Shown in pieces: positions 48,851 through 58,795 of a stretch of DNA of 64,000 nt (the first letter of the stretch is position 1; each line of letters opens with the position of its first letter). The stretch comes from an uncultured Gemmatimonadales bacterium (GTDB lineage Bacteria > Gemmatimonadota > Gemmatimonadetes > Gemmatimonadales > Gemmatimonadaceae). The position numbers and the translations under genes are program-made. The DNA lies in the NCBI GenBank assembly GCA_963701965.1, contig OY969695.1, positions 4,160,001 to 4,224,000 on the forward strand. Direction: 5' to 3'. The notes under the pieces were generated by a model that had not been told where the DNA came from, did no database searches, and was given only the letters and a program-made list of their open reading frames with translations.

Positions 48851-50079
48851 GGCCGCCGCTCCAAGACCCGGCGCAGCAGGAGTACGAACAGCAGAGCGCT
48901 GAATGCGGCGAGCGCATATTGCGTCCGCGACACTCCGGTGCCAAACGGGAACCAGATGCCGGGCACGTGGAGCATACTCAGCTCGCTGGCGAAGACCGCG
49001 ATCGCCAGGGACACGGCCGAGACTGCAGCGATCCCGCGATCCCGCTCTTGAGGGGCCCGCTGACGCACGCCCTGCACGACGATCAGCGTGTAGAGCGCGA
49101 CGAAGCCCAACCGGAGCGGCAAGACGATCGTGGCATTGTCGACGGCCTGCGCGATGACGTAGAGCGCGGTCAGCGCGCCGATCGCCGCCGGGATCCAAGC
49201 GGGCGCCCGCAGGCGGAACCACCGCCACCAGGTCATCGTCCACGCCCCCAGCACGAGCGGTGTCAAGAGGATGTTCGTGACGATGTTGAAATCCGGCGCG
49301 CTCTCGAACGGCAGCCAGAAGAAGACCGCCTGGTTGGCGCGCCGCATTGCGTAGAGCACGAGCGCCGCTACCAGCCAACGGTACGCGGACTCCGTGGGAT
49401 CGAACGCCAGCAGCACCAGCGCCACGATCGCCAACAGCAGAAACGCCACGCCCAGGGCGGCGTCAACGACGTACCCCGTGAACTTCTTGAGCCACTCCAG
49501 CTCGTAGTGGGCGGTGATCACGCCCTTCTGACCGAGGACGGGCGCGATGCGCATGCCGCCCGCGGTGGGCACCGCGCGCATCGTCGACGGCGCCGCCCAC
49601 ACCCGGACGGCGATCTCCGTGGGCGCGTCCGAAAGGACGACCATGAGCGGCCGCGTGTTGTACGCGACCGGCGTGCGACCCGAAAAATCTCCCGAACCGG
49701 CCACGCGGCGTCCGTCGACGAACAACTCGTAGGCGTCGTCGACCTCCAACGGCGCGGCGAGCGCCAGCGTATCACCGGGCGGCGCCGCTACCGCCAGGCG
49801 CAGACGGTACCACGCATACCCCGCGTACCCCGCGTGACCCCGCGCGCCCCACCCGCGGACATACCCTTCGAGGCCGACGTCGGGATCATGCGCGCCGGCG
49901 CCGGGCGTCAGATCGACGGTCTCCCACGCGCGGTCGTCGAAATCCCGTTCGGCCCAATGGCTGTCGTCACCAGTATGAAATCGCCACGGTCCGGTGAGAG
50001 GGACCGCGGCGCGCCCGACCGCGACGGGTTGGACGACGACGGATTGGACCACCAGGAGGAGCGAGGCGGCGAGTCGCAT
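48841..50079 (-). CDS. membrane protein with N-terminal galactose-binding-like (GH2-type) domain and multi-TM region
   Basis: LTGPWRFHTGDD..WA..DFDD..W, GYAWYR and DDAYELFVDG, followed by about 7 TM helices. Confidence 0.75.
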   Translation of the reverse strand: MRLAASLLLVVQSVVVQPVAVGRAAVPLTGPWRFHTGDDSHWAERDFDDRAWETVDLTPGAGAHDPDVGLEGYVRGWGARGHAGYAGYAWYRLRLAVAAPPGDTLALAAPLEVDDAYELFVDGRRVAGSGDFSGRTPVAYNTRPLMVVLSDAPTEIAVRVWAAPSTMRAVPTAGGMRIAPVLGQKGVITAHYELEWLKKFTGYVVDAALGVAFLLLAIVALVLLAFDPTESAYRWLVAALVLYAMRRANQAVFFWLPFESAPDFNIVTNILLTPLVLGAWTMTWWRWFRLRAPAWIPAAIGALTALYVIAQAVDNATIVLPLRLGFVALYTLIVVQGVRQRAPQERDRGIAAVSAVSLAIAVFASELSMLHVPGIWFPFGTGVSRTQYALAAFSALLFVLLLRRVLERRPYK

Positions 50080-50154
50080 TTCGGACGTCCATTGTAAGCG
50101 ACACCATGACGGTTGCCACATCCAAGCGTCGCGGTTATCGTCGGTCCAAGATCG

Positions 50155-51420
50155 TCAACGGGCCACGAGATCACCGATCGGCCGCCACAGCTTGAACCCA
50201 TACGCGTCGGCGCGGCCGTCGATCGCCGGCACGTGGAGCGTGGCCGTGCCGCGCAGCCCGTCGGGTGTGCGCGTCCAAGTCTCTTCGAGCAACCGGACGC
50301 CGCGCTCATCGACGTAGCGGACCGTGAGCGCGGGACCGGCGAAGTCCAGCAGCGCGAACCCGCAGTATCCGATCGGCGTATTCCCGACACTCGACTGCTG
50401 CCGCGCGTCGAGGAACACCGGCTGCAGCGAGAGATCGACTTTCGTCTGCGGGGGCCCCAGCTCGACCGGCATGCCGCCATGCCCAATGCATCGCGCCCGG
50501 ACCGGTGTGCCTCCGCCAGGCGCCATCATCGCGTATCCGGCGAACCGGTGCTCGTGCCCCCAAAACCACAGGGCCACGCGGCTCAAGTATGGGGCGAGCG
50601 CGCGTCCGAGCGCCGGATACCCGTGCGCATCAAACGCCGTGAACCACTGGTGATGGCTCAAGAGGATCACCGGCCGCGTGTCCGTCGGGTCGGCGAAGAC
50701 CACGGTCTTGAGCCATCGTCGGACGGCGCGGGGAAGGGTCGTCTGGTCCTGACCCAGGACGTAGCGGAGCCCCGTCGTACATTCGTACCCGGTGTCGAGA
50801 CCCACGATGCGCCAATGCGCGTTCTCCAGGCAAAAATAGCTGGCCGGCTGCCGCAACGTCGCGAGCGCGAGATCGACATAGGCGTGCCCGCCGCTGTACA
50901 TCTCATGATTGCCGCACAGCGCATAGGACGGGAGCGCCCGCGACGCGTCGGTGCCGGGATCGGCCGAACCGCGCGGCCAGCAATCCGCCGGCAGGAAGTA
51001 ATCGGAAAATTCCTGGTGATCGCCCGAGTAGTACACGTCGCCCAGGTGGATCGTGATGGCCGCCTTGGCGTCGGCGATACCCTGGCCGACGGCGTACGCG
51101 CTCTCCGTGCCGGTCCCCCAGTCCGCCGCGAGTCCGATACGGGTCGTATCGTCCATCCGGTACACCCCGTGCGTCGCTCCCGCGTGGCCGGGGAACGGCA
51201 CCCGCGACTCGAACGTGTGCAGGAGAAACTGGGATCCCCAGGCGAGAATCGACTGCGACAAAAAGCCGATCCGGTCGCGCGCCGAAACGGGCGCGCCGGC
51301 AGCCAGTTGCTCTTGCGTCGTCCGCCACAACGACCCCGCTGCCGAGCGCGGGGTGCCGAGGACCTCGTGGGGTTGGCGGACCTTGCGCGACCTGCCGGGG
51401 CGTTCTTGATGGGGCGGCAT
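50155..51420 (-). CDS. calcineurin-like metallophosphoesterase
   Basis: ADWGTG, HLGDVYY, GNHE, SHH and GHEH. Confidence 0.88.
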   Translation of the reverse strand: MPPHQERPGRSRKVRQPHEVLGTPRSAAGSLWRTTQEQLAAGAPVSARDRIGFLSQSILAWGSQFLLHTFESRVPFPGHAGATHGVYRMDDTTRIGLAADWGTGTESAYAVGQGIADAKAAITIHLGDVYYSGDHQEFSDYFLPADCWPRGSADPGTDASRALPSYALCGNHEMYSGGHAYVDLALATLRQPASYFCLENAHWRIVGLDTGYECTTGLRYVLGQDQTTLPRAVRRWLKTVVFADPTDTRPVILLSHHQWFTAFDAHGYPALGRALAPYLSRVALWFWGHEHRFAGYAMMAPGGGTPVRARCIGHGGMPVELGPPQTKVDLSLQPVFLDARQQSSVGNTPIGYCGFALLDFAGPALTVRYVDERGVRLLEETWTRTPDGLRGTATLHVPAIDGRADAYGFKLWRPIGDLVAR

Positions 51421-51438
51421 GCCCCATCATAGCACGGC

Positions 51439-51879
51439 TCACGCCGCTTCGGCTATCTCCTTGATCTGCACGAGGATCGTGTCGCCGCCGGCGACCGTGT
51501 GCTCATACCGGGTCGCGCCGTTGCCGACCGTCGTGAAGTCTCCGATCACCATGGAGAGCTCGGTCCCGTCGTTGGTGGTCGCCAGCTCGCAAGTCGCCGT
51601 GAGATGGTTGGCTGGCACATTCGCGAGGTCCGAGCTCGGGTCGAACATGGTATAGCGGAGCAACCGGTTGGGCTGCACGTCCACCAGACGTCCCACGACG
51701 TAGACAACCCCGTCGGCGGCGCCCCGCCAGTCGAAGGAGCCGCCGGCCCGCCAATCGGTCACGATCTCGCAGCCGAACATGTAGCGTTTGGTGTAATCCG
51801 ATTGCGTCAGGACGTTCCAGACGGTCGACGCGGGCGCCTGAATCCGCACCGATTGCCGCACAAATTGAGGGATGGGCAT
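51439..51879 (-). CDS. SRPBCC/AHSA1-domain protein
   Basis: IQAPASTVWNVLT, YMFG and TDW..G. Confidence 0.85.
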   Translation of the reverse strand: MPIPQFVRQSVRIQAPASTVWNVLTQSDYTKRYMFGCEIVTDWRAGGSFDWRGAADGVVYVVGRLVDVQPNRLLRYTMFDPSSDLANVPANHLTATCELATTNDGTELSMVIGDFTTVGNGATRYEHTVAGGDTILVQIKEIAEAA

Positions 51880-52711
51880 GGGAAGAAAGGATAAGGCCGC
51901 GGATCGCGAAGGATTGGAGAAACGCGACAGGGCAGTTCGCGCCGTGCTGCGGCCAACGGATGCCCCGATTCGTCTCACTCACGTTCCGCCTGCCGAGGAT
52001 CTCCGGCCCTACGTCGCGCTCTATTGGATCGTCGAGTGGGACGCGCGCGACCCGTACGTGCAAGAGACGCTGCCGCATCCCTGCGTGCACCTGGTGGTGC
52101 AGGGGCATCAGGGACTCGCGTACGGTGTCGTCAAAGGCAAATTCTCGATCGTGCTCCAGGGTCGGAGTCGCGCGTTCGGCATCAAGTTCCGTCCGGGCGG
52201 GTTCTATCCATTCCTGCGCGGGCCGCTGTCCCGGCTCACCAATCGCACGGAGCCTGTGAGCGCGTTCTTCGACGTCAATGCCGCGGCGCGCTTCACTGGC
52301 GCACCGGATGTGGCGTCGGCCGAGCATCTGCTGCGCGGCGCCCGGCCGCGACGCGCCGCCGCGGCGGAGACCGCCGGCCAGATTGCCGAAGCCATCGCCG
52401 ACGACCGCACGCTCACGACGGTTGACGGCGTGGCGACGCGGTTCGACGTGCCGACGCGGGCGCTGCAGCGGATGTTTTCCCGGTACATCGGTGTGAGCCC
52501 CAAGTGGGTCATCAACCGGTATCGGCTCCACGAAGTCGTCGAGCGGTTGACGCGCGGCGAGACGGTCGATTGGGCGCGCCTGGCGGCGGACCTCGGGTAC
52601 TTCGACCAGGCGCATCTTATTCGCGACTTCAAGGCCGTCGTCGGCCAGACTCCGGGAGCCTACGAGCGCCAACGCGTAGTTGGCATACCGAAAAACGGCG
52701 TGTCGCGGTAG
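51878..52711 (+). CDS. AraC-family transcriptional regulator
   Basis: LQRMFSRYIGVSPKW and LGYFDQAHLIRDFKAVVGQTP. Confidence 0.92.
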   Translation: MGRKDKAADREGLEKRDRAVRAVLRPTDAPIRLTHVPPAEDLRPYVALYWIVEWDARDPYVQETLPHPCVHLVVQGHQGLAYGVVKGKFSIVLQGRSRAFGIKFRPGGFYPFLRGPLSRLTNRTEPVSAFFDVNAAARFTGAPDVASAEHLLRGARPRRAAAAETAGQIAEAIADDRTLTTVDGVATRFDVPTRALQRMFSRYIGVSPKWVINRYRLHEVVERLTRGETVDWARLAADLGYFDQAHLIRDFKAVVGQTPGAYERQRVVGIPKNGVSR

Positions 52712-52722
52712 ACTCCTGCCCC

Positions 52723-54208
52723 ATGCGCCGGCCCTCGTTGTTGATCGCCACCGCGCTCTTTGCCGGTGCGCCCGCCCCATCGCCCGGACAGGCGTCGGTC
52801 GCGGCGCTCGACTCGGCCGTCCGGCGCACGATGGCCCGCGAGCGCGTCGTGGGCGCGTCGGTGCTGGTGGCCCGCGGTGGTGCCGTCATTCTCCATCGCG
52901 GCTACGGATTGGCCGATCTCGGACTTCGGGCGCCGGCCCGCGACGAAACGGTGTACCACGTGGTCGGTCCGATGCTGCCGTTGACGGGGATCGCCGTGCT
53001 GCAACAGGTGGAGCGCGGCCGGCTGTCGCTCGACGATGACATCGCGACGTACGTGCCGGAGTTCCCAATGCAGGGACACCACGTCACGATTCGCCAGCTC
53101 CTCAATCACACGTCAGGGATCGTCGACTACCACTACCTCGGCGACCCGATCGAGGCCACGAGCCGCGCAACCCAAGGCCCTCGACGAAGTCGTGGCGCTG
53201 TACGCCGGCAAGCGCTGGGTCAATGAGCCCGGCGCCAAGTGGGATTGGTCCATCTCCGGGTTCTCCCTCCTGGTGACGATCGTCGAGCGCGTCACCGGCC
53301 AATCGTTTCCCGACTACGTACGCGAACACATTATCGCTCCGGCCGGCGTGCGGTCGACGACCTACTGCGACGAGGAAGCGGTCGTTCCTGACCTGGCCCA
53401 CGCCTACCGCAAGAAGAACGGCGGCTACGCGCCGGCCAACGAGTCGGACATGGCGTACAACGCCGACCTCCGGTTCTGCAGCACGGTCGCGGACATCTAC
53501 GCGCTGTGGACCGCGATCCGGGAGAAGCACCTCGTGAGCGCCGAGACCTGGACCCGCATGACGACGGCGGAAGGCGCGGCGGCGCACATGAACCCGCGCG
53601 ACCCGCAAGCGCAGTATGGATTCGCCGTCACCATCAATCACGAAGACGATCACCGCCGCATTGGCCAACACGGGTCGCTCCTCGGCTACAGTGGCAGCCT
53701 GTATGAGTTTCCGGACGACCATCTGACGATCGTCGTCCTGACCAACACCGAGGACCAGAACGCCTACGCCATCACGCGCAATGTCGCCCGCGTGGCCCTG
53801 GGACTGCCGCCGCTGCCGGCGACTGCCGTCCTGCCGGATCCGACCCTCGCCGACACGCCAGTCGACTCCGCGGAACGCCGGCGGCTCGCCGGCACGTTCG
53901 TCCTCAAACTCGACCGGCTGACGCCGGGATTGCACGACTCGTTCGCCCAATACCGCCGGACCTATCGCGTGTTCGATGAGAACGGCCGGCTCATGATCGA
54001 GCCCCTCGGCGAGGCGCCGCGGCGGCTGCTCAAGCAACCCGATGGCAGCTTCGCCACCCGCTCGACGCCGCGCGATCGCATCGCGTTCGTCGTCGCCGAT
54101 GGCCGAGTGACCGGCATGCGAATGGACTCCCAGGCCTACGGGGTGCCCCTCTCCGGCGATCGGGTCGGCAATGGCGACCCGTCCACTTTCCACGACCAAC
54201 TCCACTAA
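52723..54208 (+). pseudogene. beta-lactamase-family serine hydrolase-like protein, +1 frameshift at about 53167; catalytic motifs degenerate
   Basis: GYGLAD, LSLDD, TIRQLLNHTSGI, EPGAKW and HGSLLGY; SxxK and YxN positions read GPMLP and WSI. Confidence 0.8.
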
Positions 54209-54209
54209 C

Positions 54210-55634
54210 ATGCGCACGGCGTACCAGTTCCTCGTCGCGCTCCTGCCGACGGTCATGTCCGCGCAGACGGTGACCCTGTCGCCGGAAGTGCGGAAGTACG
54301 TCACCGTCGACGCACCGGTGGTCGCCATTCAACATGTGCGCATCATCGACGGCACCGGCGCTCCGGCCCGCGCGGACCAGACGGTCGTGATCGAGGGGGG
54401 TCGCATCGTGGATGTCGGCGACGCCGGGGCGGTGACCGTGCCTGCCGGCGCCAAGGTGCTCGACCTCCCGGATCATACGGTGATGCCGGGATTGGTCATG
54501 GTGCACGAGCACATGTTCTACCCGACCGGCGGCGTGTCGCTCTACAACGAGCATGGCTACAGCTTCCCGCGACTCTATCTGGCGGGCGGCGCCACGACGA
54601 TCCGGACCGCCGGCAGCATGGAGCCGTACACGGACCTCAACGTCAAGCACATGATCGACACCGGCGCCGTGCCCGGCCCGGCAATGGACGTGACGGGGCC
54701 CTATCTCGAGGGGCCCGGACTGTCGCTGTATCAGGTCCACGCCCTGACGTCGCCGGAGGATGCGACGGAGATGGTCCGCTACTGGGCAGATCACGGCGCC
54801 ACGTCGTTCAAGATGTACATGAACATCACCCGCGCCGAGATGTCCGCCGTGCTCGCCGAGGCACACCGGCGGGGGCTCAAGGCCACCGGGCATCTGTGCT
54901 CCGTGACGTTTCGCGAAGCGGCGACGCTGGGCATCGACAACTTGGAGCACGGGTTGGTAGTGTCCACCGACTTCGTGCGGGACAAACAGCCCGACGTCTG
55001 CCCCAAATCCAAGGTCGTCACCGCCTCGATCGCCGCGCTCGACATCGCCGGCGACTCGGCCACCGCGCTCATTCGCTATCTCGTCGCCCGGCACGTGGCC
55101 CTCACGTCGACATTGGCGATCTTCGAGACGTTCGCGCCGCACCGGCCCACGATCTACCCGCGCGCGCTCGAGGCGATGACCGCCGAGGCGCGCGCCTCCT
55201 ATCTCCAAGGGCGCGCCCGGATCGGCGAGGATACGTCGACCCTGTGGACGGTGCTGCTGCGCAAGGAAATGCAGTTCGAGCGCGCGTTCGCAACCGCCGG
55301 CGGATTACTGCTCGCGGGGTCCGATCCCACCGGCTACGGTGGCGTTGTCCCCGGCTACTCGAACCAACGGCAGATCGAGCTCCTGGTCGAGAGCGGGTTC
55401 ACGCCCGTCGAGGCGATCCATATCGCGACGCTGAACGGCGCCCAGTATCTGCATCTCGCCGATCGGGTCGGGTCGATCGCCAAGGGTAAGCGGGCCGATC
55501 TCCTCATCGTGCGCGGCGATCCAACCGCGCGCATCGCGGACATCGAGAACGCGGAGTTGGTGTTCAAGGACGGCATCGGGTACGACTCGCAGAAGCTCTT
55601 TGAGTCAGCGCGGGGCACCGTCGGCTTGCACTGA
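54210..55634 (+). CDS. secreted amidohydrolase family protein
   Basis: MPGLVMVHEH, LEHG, AGSD and GSIAKGKRADL. Confidence 0.9.
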   Translation: MRTAYQFLVALLPTVMSAQTVTLSPEVRKYVTVDAPVVAIQHVRIIDGTGAPARADQTVVIEGGRIVDVGDAGAVTVPAGAKVLDLPDHTVMPGLVMVHEHMFYPTGGVSLYNEHGYSFPRLYLAGGATTIRTAGSMEPYTDLNVKHMIDTGAVPGPAMDVTGPYLEGPGLSLYQVHALTSPEDATEMVRYWADHGATSFKMYMNITRAEMSAVLAEAHRRGLKATGHLCSVTFREAATLGIDNLEHGLVVSTDFVRDKQPDVCPKSKVVTASIAALDIAGDSATALIRYLVARHVALTSTLAIFETFAPHRPTIYPRALEAMTAEARASYLQGRARIGEDTSTLWTVLLRKEMQFERAFATAGGLLLAGSDPTGYGGVVPGYSNQRQIELLVESGFTPVEAIHIATLNGAQYLHLADRVGSIAKGKRADLLIVRGDPTARIADIENAELVFKDGIGYDSQKLFESARGTVGLH

Positions 55635-57008
55635 TCCGCCCAGGATCTCCCAGCAGCGGGCCCACGCCTCGAGACCCTCGTGCAGGCGATGGATGCGGAA
55701 GAACTCATTCGGCGCGTGGTAGTCTTCGTCGGCCGTGGAGAACGAGAAGAATACCGTCGCCACGCCCATGTGCCGATCGAACAGCTCGGCGATCGGTACC
55801 GTGCCGCCCATGCGCACGATCGCCGGCGGCACGCCGTACACGGCGCGCAACGCCTCGCCGGCCGCCCGCAACGCGTAGTGGTCCACGGGGATGTGCGCCG
55901 GCCGAGCGCCATGATCGCCCGGCACGATCGAGAGCCGCGTGCCCGGCGGCACCTGCGCCTCGAGGTGCCGCGCCACGAGCCCCACCACCTCGGCCGGATC
56001 CTGATCCGGCACCAGCCGGCAGGTGATCTTGGCGTGGGCCTCGCTCGGGATCACGGTCTTGTGTCCCGGCCCTGAGTACCCGCCCCACATCCCGTTGACT
56101 TCGATCGTCGGTCGCGTCCACTGGCGCTCCAGGGTCGTGTATCCGGGCTCGCCGAACGCTGCCGGCGCGCCGACCTGTGCCAGATAAGCGCGCTCGTCGA
56201 ACGGCAGCGCCGCGATTGCTGCGCGTTCGTCGGCGCTGAGCGCGCGTACGCGATCGTAGAAGCCGGCGACGGCGATGCGTCCTTCGGGCGTGTGAAGCGT
56301 GGCGATGAGGCGCGCCAGCGCGTGCAGCGCGTTGGCCACGCCACCGCCGTGGCGACCCGAGTGCAGATCCTTGGACGCCCCCGTGAGCGTGATCTCGAGC
56401 CCCGCCAGCCCGCGGCTGGCGACGGTCAGCGATGGCTCGTCGACCCGCCACATCGCGCCATCCGCCGACAAGACGACATCGGCGGCGAGCAAGGCCGCAT
56501 TGTCCCGGATGAACGCGTCGAGGCTCGGACTCCCGATCTCTTCCTCGCCTTCGAACAGGCATTTGACGTTGAGGGGCAGGCCGCCAGTCGTCGCGAAGAA
56601 CGCCTCGGCGACTTTGATCGGGATCACCATCGGGGCCTTGTCATCGGACACGCCGCGGCCGTACAGTCGCCCATCGCGCACGGTGGGCGTCCACGGTGGA
56701 CTGTGCCACCGCTCCAGGGGATCGGGCGGCTGCACGTCGTAGTGGCCGTACACGAGCACCGTCGGCCGCCCCGGCGCGCCCCGCCATTCCGCGTAGACGA
56801 CCGGGTTGCCGGCCGTCGGGATCGTGCGGGTCGTGAAGGGTCCGGCGCTGGTGACCGCCGCGGCCACCCAGCGCGCCGCGTTCTCCACATCGGCGGCGTG
56901 CGCGGGATCGGTGCTGACGCTGGGAATGGCGGCGAACTCGATCACCTCGGCCAGGATGCGTTCGTGGTGCGCCCGGAGATGCGCGAGCACGCGCGCGATC
57001 GTCGTCAC
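55605..57008 (-). CDS. M20-family dipeptidase
   Basis: YGHYDVQP, GRGVSDDK, EGEEEIGS, DLHSG and HAPNE. Confidence 0.93.
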   Translation of the reverse strand: MTTIARVLAHLRAHHERILAEVIEFAAIPSVSTDPAHAADVENAARWVAAAVTSAGPFTTRTIPTAGNPVVYAEWRGAPGRPTVLVYGHYDVQPPDPLERWHSPPWTPTVRDGRLYGRGVSDDKAPMVIPIKVAEAFFATTGGLPLNVKCLFEGEEEIGSPSLDAFIRDNAALLAADVVLSADGAMWRVDEPSLTVASRGLAGLEITLTGASKDLHSGRHGGGVANALHALARLIATLHTPEGRIAVAGFYDRVRALSADERAAIAALPFDERAYLAQVGAPAAFGEPGYTTLERQWTRPTIEVNGMWGGYSGPGHKTVIPSEAHAKITCRLVPDQDPAEVVGLVARHLEAQVPPGTRLSIVPGDHGARPAHIPVDHYALRAAGEALRAVYGVPPAIVRMGGTVPIAELFDRHMGVATVFFSFSTADEDYHAPNEFFRIHRLHEGLEAWARCWEILGGSVQADGAPR

Positions 57009-57767
57009 TTGCCGCCGTCGATCGACAGGACCTGGCCGGTGATCCAGTTGGCATCGGCGGAGGCGAAGAAGAGCACGCCGTAGGCAATGTCATCAGGAGT
57101 GCCGAGGCGCCGGAGCGCGATGCCGTCGAGGAGCGCGCGTTGGCCATCGGCCCCATACGACTCCCACTGCCGCTCGGTCGTCGGGTTGGACCGCACGAAT
57201 CCCGGAGCGATGGCGTTGACGGTGATGCCCCAGGGCCCGAGCTCGTGGGCCAGCTGCCGTGTGAGGCCGATCTGCGCGGCCTTGGCCAATGCGTAGGCCT
57301 GGATGCCGGTGAGGCTGATCCCGAGTCCCGCGCCGCTCGAGAATGTTGACGATCCGCCCGCGGCGCGCCGCCTTCATGCCTGGCGCGACCGCTTGCGCGC
57401 AGTAGAACGCGGCGCTCACGTTGACGTCGAAGATGCGCTGCCACTCCTCCGGCGTGACGTCTTCGAGCGGCCGCCCCACCTGACCCAAGACCCCTCCGGC
57501 GTTGTTCACCAGGACATCGACGCGGCCCGTCGCCGCCGCCGCGTCGGCGACAAAGGTCTGGATGGCGAGGGGGTCGCGCACATCGGCGGCGCGTACCGAG
57601 CAGATGCCGCCGGCGGCGACCGCGAGGCGCGCCGTCTCGCGCAGCTCGTCTTCGAGCACGTCGCAAGCCCACACGCGCGCGCCGCGTTGCGCGAACGCCA
57701 GGCTGATGGCGCGTCCGAACCCGTGGGCGGCGCCGGTGACCAGGATTGTCTGGTCTTGAAACATCAT
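57005..57767 (-). pseudogene. SDR-family oxidoreductase, +1 frameshift at about 57343
   Basis: TGAAHGFG and NNAGG; after correction NISSG, YALAK and IDGG. Confidence 0.88.
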
Positions 57768-58780
57768 GGGACGTGAGACTCGGCGAGCGCGGCCAGGGTA
57801 TCGAGCGAGAGGGGACGGACGCCGTTCTCCACGTCGTGGATCAACGCGACGAGGCGGGCCGTGAGCGGTGTGGCGACGCCCTCTTCCTGAGCCAGGGTCA
57901 CGACAATGCCGAGTTGGGCATCCACCTCCGTCCGACGCTGCCGGACCGCCAGATCGCGCCAGATGCCACTGTGCGATTTGGCCGAACGCCGATTGTGGGC
58001 CACCAGCGCATCGAGCGAGCGGGCCGCGGCCCCGACCGGTGCCATTGGCAAGTACGCCGCCGGCTCGAATCCATCGAACCCCTCGAGCGCGACAGCGCGC
58101 GCGCAGGCCACCGCGAGTATCTCGCGGACCAACGCGATGTAGAGTCCGCGATACTGGGGCATGGCCAGCGCATCGGCGATGGACTCGTTGGTGAGCGCCG
58201 TGGCGAACAACATCGCGCCGTAGGCCTCTTTGCCCCACAGGTAACCCCAAATGTTCGGTGTGACGGTCGCGCGGCTGTCGAAATCGCGCCACGCATCACG
58301 GATCGCCGTCGCCCGCGTCGTGATGCGCCAATCGATCTCACCGACCACCACCGCGCCCCGGCCGCCATAGTGAATGATGCCGGGTTCCAGATAATCGGCG
58401 CCGAAGTTGACGAACGCGCCCACGGTGCGTTCGTGCCCGACGATGGCGGCGATGGCTAGCTCATTGAGTCCGTTCTGCGCCGAAATCACGCAGCCGTTGG
58501 CGGTCAGGTGCGGGGCGAGCGCGCGCACGGCGGTTTCGGTGTGGTGCGCTTTGGTCGCCAGGATGATCGTGTCCCAGTGCCCAGTCAGGGCGTCGGGCGT
58601 GAATGCTGGCGCGCGCACGGTGAACGTCGACAACGGGCCCGTGATGCGTAAGCCCCGGCGCCCGATCGCCGCGACATGCTCGGCCACCGTATCGACGAAC
58701 GTCACGTCGTGGCCCGCGCGCGCCAGATGCGCGCCCATGGTGCCGCCGATAGCGCCGGCGCCCCAAACGAGAGACCGCAT
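57764..58780 (-). CDS. ketopantoate reductase-family protein
   Basis: GAGAIGG, LATK, QNG, SGIWRDL and RTEVD. Confidence 0.88.
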   Translation of the reverse strand: MRSLVWGAGAIGGTMGAHLARAGHDVTFVDTVAEHVAAIGRRGLRITGPLSTFTVRAPAFTPDALTGHWDTIILATKAHHTETAVRALAPHLTANGCVISAQNGLNELAIAAIVGHERTVGAFVNFGADYLEPGIIHYGGRGAVVVGEIDWRITTRATAIRDAWRDFDSRATVTPNIWGYLWGKEAYGAMLFATALTNESIADALAMPQYRGLYIALVREILAVACARAVALEGFDGFEPAAYLPMAPVGAAARSLDALVAHNRRSAKSHSGIWRDLAVRQRRTEVDAQLGIVVTLAQEEGVATPLTARLVALIHDVENGVRPLSLDTLAALAESHVP

Positions 58781-58795
58781 CGTTGGTGCGCGTCC

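Noticed and set aside
15879..57767. Programmed ribosomal frameshifting in the split genes
   Set aside because: No slippery heptamers or homopolymer runs at the sites; the families are unrelated and not known for recoding, so sequencing error is more parsimonious.
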